Positions 21,017 through 29,293 of a DNA stretch of 29,293 bases are shown piece after piece. The position numbers and the translations under genes are program-made. The stretch covers positions 1-29,293 of the forward strand of contig NW_021832938.1 in assembly GCF_006345805.1 (NCBI RefSeq), in the 5' to 3' direction. The stretch comes from Octopus sinensis (taxonomy: Eukaryota). Below the pieces are notes generated by a model that worked only from the letters and a program-made list of their open reading frames with translations, was not told where the DNA came from and did not search any database. How positions within the stretch are numbered: the stretch's first letter is position 1; the number at the start of each line of letters is the position of its first letter.

Positions 21017-22118
21017 TCTCTGTTAACGAACTGTTTCCGTTTGTATCAATTATTAGAACTGTGTGTACTTCCAAAGCGAAACTGTTAGTCTAATTATGGC
21101 AGCGAGTGTTTTATGGATTGTACAACAGTAACGTGTTGAATGTGTCTTAAATTTATGTCAAACTGAATTATGACATTTAAGTTAAATTAAGAAATGAATT
21201 CAAATATTCATATAAATTCATACAAATTCACACAAAATATTTTATTGTAAAGATGTGTACGTGTTTCTTTTTATTTTCCTCTTAAAACTAAAATGAATTT
21301 ATTTCTTCGTTTCAAAAACAAAAGCCAGCAAACCCCAAATGAATTGAAGAAGATGTATTCAATTGCAGCCGTAAGAATAAATAAACACCATGATAACCAT
21401 AGATACCGAGATATTTTCACGTAACCTGAAATTATGCAAATTTCTGAATATTTATTCTGAAATGCTACCATTTACACCAGAAAAAACGAAAATGAATGCG
21501 TATTAAAGGTCCCTATCGACCTTAATTTAATATTTTATTCAAAATTATTATAATCTAGAATAAAGAACAACGCTTGCTTTATGATTTTCTCTTTCCTTAA
21601 TTTCATTTTCAACGTTTTTTTGAAATTCATACTCTCAAATGGTTAGTCTTTGTGATATGTGAATTAGAAGGAATCAATATTTAATGTGAAGACACCAATT
21701 ACAGAAAGCGAATTTTTCCTTTCATTCCTGTAATATTCAGCATTTGATTTTGTATTGATAGTGATAGTGGTGATGGTGGTGGTGGTGGTGTATGAGGTAT
21801 TGGTGGTGATGAGCGCATATAAATTATCGTTGTTCTTTGGCCAACTGGTGATGCTCAGCTCACAAGACATGAAACACTTGTCAAATATACAGAATGACTG
21901 CCCGACCATCAAAAGTCCTGGTTTACTTTTTCTCGTTGCGTTTTTTTCCCTCTCTTTGCTTTGTTGTTTACGTTACCATAAATTGGCAGTTTCGGCAAAA
22001 GAGACGCCATCATTGCTTAGCAGTTTCAGCAAAGAGACCAAATTTTAAAAAGTCATTAAGTTCGGCACCTTCTTCATCAATATCACTATCATCATCATTC
22101 TCGTCGCCGTCGAGCTCA

Positions 22119-22469
22119 TCAACAGCAGCAATGGCCCAATGGTTAGGGCAGCGGACTCGCGGTTTCGATTCCCAGACCGGGCGTTGTGTGAGTTTATTGA
22201 GCGAAAGCACCTAAAGCACCACGAGGCTCCGCCAGGGGGTGGTGGCGACCCCTGTTGTACTCTTTCGCTACAACTTTCTCTCACTCTTTCTTCCTGTTTC
22301 TTGTCCCCGACTTCCTACACAGCCGCTGAGCCTGGATGCACATTCATCCATCCGTCGATGCTCTCGGTGTCGGGGGTTGACCTGCTTTCTTTTCTGCGGG
22401 TCTTACGAATAGCAAAAGATCACGTTTCGGATTTCTCCCAAGAGGACGAAGACGCTTCGCTCAACAGCA
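22119..22469 (+). mobile_element. SINE family F with tail type 3, bounded by a 9-bp direct repeat TCAACAGCA
   Basis: Head ATGGCCCAATGGTTAGGGCAGCGGACTCGCGG and shared F core, but a tail unrelated to type 2. Repeats at 22119-22127 and 22461-22469. Confidence 0.8.
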
Positions 22470-22487
22470 ACAGCTGCAGCAGCATGT

Positions 22488-22919
22488 GTGCAGGCGCAAT
22501 GGCCCAGTGGTTAGGGTAGTGGACTCGCGATCGTAAGAATGCAGTTTAGATTCCCAGACCGGACATTGTGAGTGTTTATTGACCAAAATACCTAGGCTCC
22601 ACGAGGCTCCGGCGGGGTGTGGTGGTGAACCCCGCTGTACTCTTTCCCTCACACTTTCTTCATACTTCTGCCACGAAGCAGAGGAACCATGGGATAACCC
22701 ACTATGGTGTGCTAAACTTTCAGACCCTAGTCTAGATTGCAAATCCTCTGTACCCCAGGATGGTTCAGCTCTCCACCCGTTAAAAGCCACCGCTTACGGA
22801 ATGAGGATAACAACGTAGCTTTCGTGCCCGTGCAACTGCCATTTTATCGCTTGTGGTGGGTGGATCTTCAAGTTGCCACACGCATCCTTAATAGCTCTAA
22901 GAAGAAGAAGAAGAAGAAG
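22488..22919 (+). mobile_element. SINE family F, full head plus tail type 2, (GAA)n end
   Basis: tRNA-like head AGGCGCAATGGCCCAGTGGTTAGGG; body colinear with 17456-17725. Confidence 0.9.
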
Positions 22920-23092
22920 CCTGGTTTGTTAGACATATCAAAGAACTGGCCTGTTTGGTCCCCACCACATTCTACCAAAAAATACCATCGCCGACCTATT
23001 TTCACCTCCAAATTAAACACAACCCCTGCATGATTCTGTGTATCATTTATTTATTCGTATCCCATACTATTTTGATATTTTAATAAGTTATT

Positions 23093-23250
23093 ATAAGGCG
23101 GCGAGCTGGCAGAAACGTTAGCACGCCGGGCGAAATGCGTAGCCGTATTTCGTCTGCCGTTACGTTCTGAGTTCAAATTCTGCCAATTTGCCTTTCATCC
23201 TTTCGGGGTCGATAAATTAAGTACCAGTTACGCACTGGGGTCGATATAAT
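23093..23250 (+). mobile_element. SINE family B, intact head, small internal deletion, 3' truncated
   Basis: ATAAGGCGGCGAGCTGGCAGAAACGTTAGCACGCCGGGCG...CCTTTCATCCTTTCGGGGTCGATAAATTAAGTACCAG. Confidence 0.9.
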
Positions 23251-23629
23251 TACATTTATTCGCCATTGGTAAAAAAATAATTACTTTCTGTACTAAAGAG
23301 GTATAATCACTAAATTTCAAGGTGAAGGGCATTTTTGGTTCCAGTTGTCAGAGCGCCGGACAAAATGCATTAGGTTATTTCTTCCGATTCTGAGTTCAGT
23401 TCCTGATGGACTAAGCTTTGTTTTTCTTCCCTTCGATAACATAATCTACCAGAATGCATCGAGTAAACATCCTCTCCTAAAGATCGTTGTCTCTGCGTCT
23501 GAATCAGATAGCGTAATTATTTTTTAGCTCGGATCAACACTGATTAGTAAGACCTGTGAACAAAGGTATTTTAGCCATGGCAACATCGCCTTGTTAGTAG
23601 ACTCATTTCTCTCTCTCTTTAATTTTTTT

Positions 23630-23752
23630 CTCTTTTAATTGTTTCAGTTATTTGACTGTGGCCATACTGGAGTACCACCTTTAGTCGACTGGTTTTTATT
23701 TCATTGACCCCGAAAGGATGAAGTACAACTTCGAACTCGACAGAATTTGAGA
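23630..23752 (-). mobile_element. Adjacent family A tail (23630-23690) and family B core (23695-23752) remnants
   Basis: GTTTCAGTTATTTGACTGTGGCCATACTGGAGTACCACCTTTAGTCG followed by GACCCCGAAAGGATGAA...CAGAATTTGA. Confidence 0.65.
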
Positions 23753-24189
23753 TCTTCTCGACATAATTTGAGTTATGACAGAAGATTAAAACTAAGACCG
23801 AACGAAGAGTCAAATGAAATCAAGTAAAAAGGAAAATTGCAACATATATTTTTTGACTCGAGCGAAAGAAGGAACGTGTAGATTTAAAGGTTCTGAGTGA
23901 AACGACTAATATTCCTGTTGTCACATTAAACAAAGATACTACACTTGAGTGAAAAGAAGAGCCTCGAAAAAGGCAATGAAATAATTCTCAAATACTACAT
24001 AATCCTGTTCATGCTATTGTATTAGCATTATCATGCGTTTGAGAATAAATTATTTCTCTATCTTTCAATACATCTCAACGCTGCTAAAGCAAACATTGTT
24101 CGTTTACTTTCATCATAAGTTGAATTTAACGTTAGCGTCTTATAAAGCTAGATTTATAAATCCTAAAATTGCAGAACAATTCGTTACTG

Positions 24190-24276
24190 GGCAGGTTAGC
24201 TTAAAGGTAAAGCACTTGACGCGTAATCACAGGAATGTGAATTCGAGTTTCATGGTTGGCCGGTAACGATTTTTTT
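24190..24276 (+). tRNA. tRNA-like pseudogene, apparent anticodon CGT (Thr), followed by a T7 run
   Basis: D stem GCTT/AAGC; anticodon arm TGA-CGCGTAA-TCA; T arm GTGAA-TTCGAGT-TTCAT; TTTTTTT at 24270-24276. Acceptor stem poorly paired and U33 is G. Confidence 0.5.
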
Positions 24277-24779
24277 CTGCAATATATGGATAGTTTATCC
24301 TGTTCATTGATTATAATGCTTTTGAGAATAAATTATTTCTGTATCTTATAATCCTAAAATTTAAAAATAAAATTAAGTACATATTGAATAACATGTTCTT
24401 AAATCAGAGCTGAAATGATTTAAAAGACCGGATTGTCACGGATGGGATGTTTTTGATTATGTCTCTCTTTGATGAAGGCTGTTCATAGATTAAACAATAA
24501 CATTACCACTTCCTTGCGAATCTGATTTAACCTGGTTAAAACAACATGAGAATAAAATAGGAATTAAATAGTTAAATCGGGGTTTCGACCCTTTGTAACA
24601 AGAAATTGAAATTATGGATTTCTAATTCATACTGGCTTTAATATTTCTGTGATTTGGATTCCGAATGATCTGGAAACAGAATGGGAAAGAATAATCTATT
24701 GATATACAATGTTACTATGTGGTGCTTTCTATTCCTCGAAGTATTCTATAATTACATTTATGTATGGATGGAAGCATGT

Positions 24780-24849
24780 TTTACGAGCGTACGTACATAT
24801 GTATGCATGTATGTGTGTATGTATGTATATATATATGTGTGTGTTTATG

Positions 24850-24880
<31 letters not shown>

Positions 24881-24958
24881 GCACACACACATACATACAT
24901 ACGTACGTACTACGTACGCACGTGAAACATGCTTCCATTCATACATAAATGTAATTAT

Positions 24959-24998
<40 letters not shown>

Positions 24999-25115
24999 TG
25001 TATGTATGTATGTGAATACGCACTGAAAATCATACCCATATATACACTATCATACAAATACACTAACACATAAATAAAAACACACACACACACACACATA
25101 CACACACACACACAC
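24780..25115. repeat. (TATG)n/(TA)n/(CA)n compound microsatellite
   Basis: Directly visible. Confidence 0.9.
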
Positions 25116-25467
25116 TTATCCGTGTGTGAGCTTGCTTAAGTTACATTATTTTTAAAGTTATGTTAAACGCACATAAATTCCATGTTAAGCTTTTCTTTAT
25201 GAGGTGCAAAAATAAACAATTTGTGTTATATTGTAAGAGAAAAATAAATTTCTGCAACATTTATTTTTACAACTCGTCAAAATGTTTATAATCATGCAGA
25301 ATGTTTTACGATTTTACAACGATTTTAATGGAAAAATGATTTTTAAAAATGCCGTTGTGATGATTGTTGCTTTTGATGAAGAATCTTTTATGTCATAGTG
25401 TTACGGAGAGATTTACAGTTACAAATGGAAATAATTTGTGCCTTTTTTCTTTTATGAAACACGCCTG

Positions 25468-25890
25468 TGTGTGATAATGGTTTCAAATTTGAGCACAAGG
25501 CCGGTAATTTCGAGGGAGGGGTAAGTCAAATTACATCGATCCCAGTGCTCTATTCGTACTTAATTTATCGTCCTCGAAAGATGATTATAGACAAAGTCGA
25601 CTTCGGCGGAATTTGAACTCAAATGTAAGGACGGACGAACGAACTGCTGCTAAGCATGTATAGCTTGCTAACGATTCTGCCATCTGTGTGATAAAGGTTT
25701 CAAATTTGAGCACAAGGCCGGTAATTTCGAGGGAGGAGTAAGTCAAATTACATCGGTTCCAGTGCTCTATTCGTATTTAATTTATCGTCCCCGAAAGATG
25801 ATTATAAACAAAATCGACTTCGGCAGAATTTGAACTCAAACGTAAGGACGGACGAACGAACTGCTGCTAAGCATGTCGTATTGCTTGCTA
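25468..25890 (-). mobile_element. 217-bp tandem duplication of a diverged family B-type SINE
   Basis: Units start at 25468 and 25685; about 10 differences by manual count; shared private variants. Confidence 0.9.
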
Positions 25891-26004
25891 GCGGGCTTAA
25901 ACTATAGTACAGGGTAATGATAATGAATCCACCCCCGTCTGTTTAGATGATACAAATCCAGGGTTGTATATATATATATATATAATATATAATATAATAT
26001 ATAT

Positions 26005-26168
26005 AGTTCAAAATTATTGAAAAGCAAAGAGGAAAGATGTGAACAGCAAGGAGGTGTGTTAGTTTGACGCTCGGCAAAAATGCAAAAGTCCTTTATGTTT
26101 CGAGCCCACGCTCTTCGGCAGAAAGGAATAAGAGGAAATAGAGAGAATAAAAAAACAAACTGTGGAGT
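26005..26168 (-). mobile_element. Diverged family E copy (E4)
   Basis: Reverse complement ...CCTTTCTGCCGAAGAGCGTGGGCTCGAAACATAAAGGAC...GAGCGTCAAACTAACAC, between (TA)n and the (CATA)n array. Confidence 0.7.
26090..26125 (-). ncRNA. Decayed minimal hammerhead-like motif, variant core (CUGCCGA)
   Basis: CTTT CTGCCGA A GAGC-GTGG-GCTC GAAAC ATA AAGG; ACGU has become ACAU. Confidence 0.45.
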
Positions 26169-27531
26169 TCATACATACATAGATACATACATACATACAT
26201 ACATACATACATACATACATAAACATCATACATACATACATACATACATACATAACATACATACATACATACATACCCACACATACATACATACATTCAT
26301 ACATACATAACATCCATCATACATACATACATACTACATACATACATACATACATACATACATACCTACATACTACATACATACACATACATACATAATA
26401 CACCATACATACATACATACATTACCATACATACATACATACATACATACATACATACTACATACATAATACATACATCATACATACATCATACCTACAT
26501 CCATACATACATACATACATTCATTCATAATACATACATACAATACATACATACATACATACATACATACATACATACATACATACATACATACATCATA
26601 CATACATACATCCATACATACTACTACATACATCCTACATAATACATACATACATACATAAATACATACATACATACATCCATACATACATACATACATA
26701 CATATAATACATCCATACATACATCCATACATACATACATACATACATACATCCATACATACATACATACATACATACATACATAAATACATCCATACAT
26801 ACATACATACATACATACATTCATACATACATACATACATCCATACATACATACAACATCATCAATACATACAACATATACATACATACATTATACATTC
26901 ATACATACATAATACATACATACATACATACATACATCCATACATACATACATACATACATACATCCATACATACATACATACATAAATACATCCATACA
27001 TACATACAACATACATACATTCATACATACATACATACATACACCCATACATACTACATACATACATACATACTACATAAATACATCCATACATACATCC
27101 ATCCATACATACATACATACATACATACATTCATACATACATACATACATACATACATACATCCATACATACATACATACATACATACATCCATACATAC
27201 ATACATACATAAATACATCCATACATACATCCATACATACATACATACATACATACATTCATACATACATACATACATACATACATTCATACATACATAC
27301 ATACATACATACCTCCATACATACATACATACATACATACATCCATACATACATACATTATACATTACCTACATCATACATATACATTCATACATACATA
27401 CATACATACATACATAAATACATCCATACATACATCCATACATACATATACATACATCCTACTCCATACATACATACATACATACTACATCCATACATAC
27501 ATACATACATAAATACATCCATACATACATC

Positions 27532-27563
<32 letters not shown>

Positions 27564-28225
27564 CATACATACATGCATGCATACTTACATCCAACATACA
27601 TACATACATACATACATACATACATACATACATACATGCATGCATACTACAATCCACATACATACATACATACATACATACATACATACATACATGCATG
27701 CATACTTACATCCACATACATACATACATACATACATTCATACATACATCCATACATACATACATTCATACATACATACATACATACATAAATACATCCA
27801 TACATACATCCATACATACATACATACATACATCCATACATACATACATTCATACATACATACATACATACATACATAAATACATCCATACATACATCCA
27901 TACATACATACATACATACATACATCCATACATACATACATACATATATACATCCATACATACATACATACATACATCCATACATACATACATACATACA
28001 TACATACATACATACATACATACATGCATGCATACATACATACATACATACATCCATACATACATACATACATCCATACATACATCCATACATACATACA
28101 TACATACATACATCCATACATACATACATACATACATACATGCATGCATACATACATACATACATACATCCATACATACATACATACATACATACATACA
28201 TACACATACATACATACATACAAAT
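26169..28225. repeat. ~2.05 kb (CATA)n array with patterned variant units
   Basis: Directly visible. Confidence 0.97.
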
Positions 28226-28854
28226 ATGTGTGTGCGTATGTGTGCACGTGTGAGTGTACAAATTACGACACCAATTTTATAAAATCTCGTAAAAATATAT
28301 GGTACTTCATCAGCGAAATTGCCTACGTATAAAAACATCACAGATATATAATTAACGATATTTTCTGCCATACCCATACGTAAAGTACCTCATCAATGAG
28401 GTTTTTTGCACGATAATAATGCATAAGCTAGGTGACTAAATTGTCTCTAAGATAATTATGCATAAATTACATCATCAAAGAGCATTTCTCTATAAATTAC
28501 GTCATTAAGAAAGTATGCTCTTTCTAAACAATACATAGACTTCGTCATCAATGATTGCTTCTATATGATATACTTTGTCATAAATGAATCTTTCTGTATG
28601 ACAATAATACATGTTGTGCTATCAAAGAAATTTTCTACATAACATTGTTGAAGTTATGTCGTCTGTGAAAATTTCGGTGTTATATTAACATACAACTCCA
28701 GAAATGAAAGTCATGCTGTGATGGCGTATGCTGTACACAGAATGGAACGTAGTTATTTATTATTTACACGCCTGGCTCTTTACAAACCAGAACTGAAGAA
28801 AGTAGAACGCATTTCATTTTGGCGATAAAAGAATAATATCAGAAAAGTTAGTGC

Positions 28855-29051
28855 CATGATCATCATCATCATTGTTCGACCGTGGTCGAGACAATGGAAT
28901 TTACTATGTTACGCCAGACTTCACGGTCCATCATAGCATTACGGAGGTCCTGTTGCTGGATGCCTGTATCCCTGGAGATTACATCAGGGTAAGAGAGTGT
29001 GCGCCCTCTGGTATTGCGAGTAGATGGCTTCCAGATATTTAATGTAGTCAA
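28855..29051 (-). mobile_element. 3' end of an RTE-clade LINE, heavily 5' truncated, with (TGA)n tail
   Basis: ORF ...RNTRGRTLSYPDVISRDTGIQQQDLRNAMMDREVWRNIV...EQ* fits the RTE C-terminal pattern (RGR..T/SW.D.I..D...AM.DR..WR..V). The stop runs into a (TGA)n tail. Confidence 0.75.
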
Positions 29052-29293
29052 TGAAAAAAAAAAATTAATTAATAATAACTAACATGGTGAACAGTGCAAA
29101 ACATTGGCTGAAGATCGTCAAATGATTTTAATCTTGTTTTAGCAAGTAAGAGCCACAACTCCGGATATATTTCAGCCTTACTAAATATCCAAAGCTATTC
29201 ATAGCGTACAGTGGACCCCAATATTTTATTCAATATAATGATAAACTTATTGATTTTCCACGATCTTTGAGGAGTTCCAATGAGACCGATAAT

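Noticed and set aside
21844-21885. CTGGTGA...GAAAC ACTT GTC as a hammerhead
   Set aside because: No stem I pairing and only a weak stem II; probably chance.
22415-22470. Minus-strand CTGTTGA...GAAACGTG in F tail 3
   Set aside because: The core-like 7-mer comes from the CAA/CAG repeat, the triplet ends in G and there is no stem I.
26169-26900. Frequent 1-nt indels within (CATA)n and (TA)n tracts as biological variation
   Set aside because: They may be long-read consensus errors, so fine detail in the microsatellites was not interpreted.
1217-28377. The many YI/HT/CV/MYV-rich, poly-S, poly-E/K and poly-L ORFs in the track
   Set aside because: They are translations of (TA)n, (CATA)n, (CA)n, (GAA)n and similar repeats, with no domain-like sequence.
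1-29293. CRISPR array, rRNA or prokaryotic operon
   Set aside because: No regular repeat-spacer array, rRNA-like sequence or gene-dense organisation; the sequence is eukaryotic repeat DNA.

Overview
Repeat-dense eukaryotic non-coding DNA, most likely from an octopus; this is judged from recognised SINE families and the very high (TA)n/(CATA)n load and was not checked by a search. I find no host protein-coding exon that I can support: nearly all ORFs in the track are translations of microsatellites. The window holds many copies of four tRNA-derived SINE families (working labels A, B, D, F, with F carrying three different 3' tails), a 3' remnant of an RTE-type LINE, a decayed two-finger C2H2 ORF, a tRNA-like sequence, long (GAA)n/(CTT)n tracts and a ~2 kb (CATA)n array. 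The most notable content is a set of short non-coding repeats (working labels E, G, H) carrying type I hammerhead-ribozyme-like motifs with palindromic stem III. There are nine motifs, six of them within 10361-12375, arranged as tandem, inverted and tail-to-tail units on (TA)n tracts. This resembles Penelope-like pLTRs or non-autonomous retrozymes. All alignments and folds were done by eye, boundaries are approximate, and ribozyme activity is untested.
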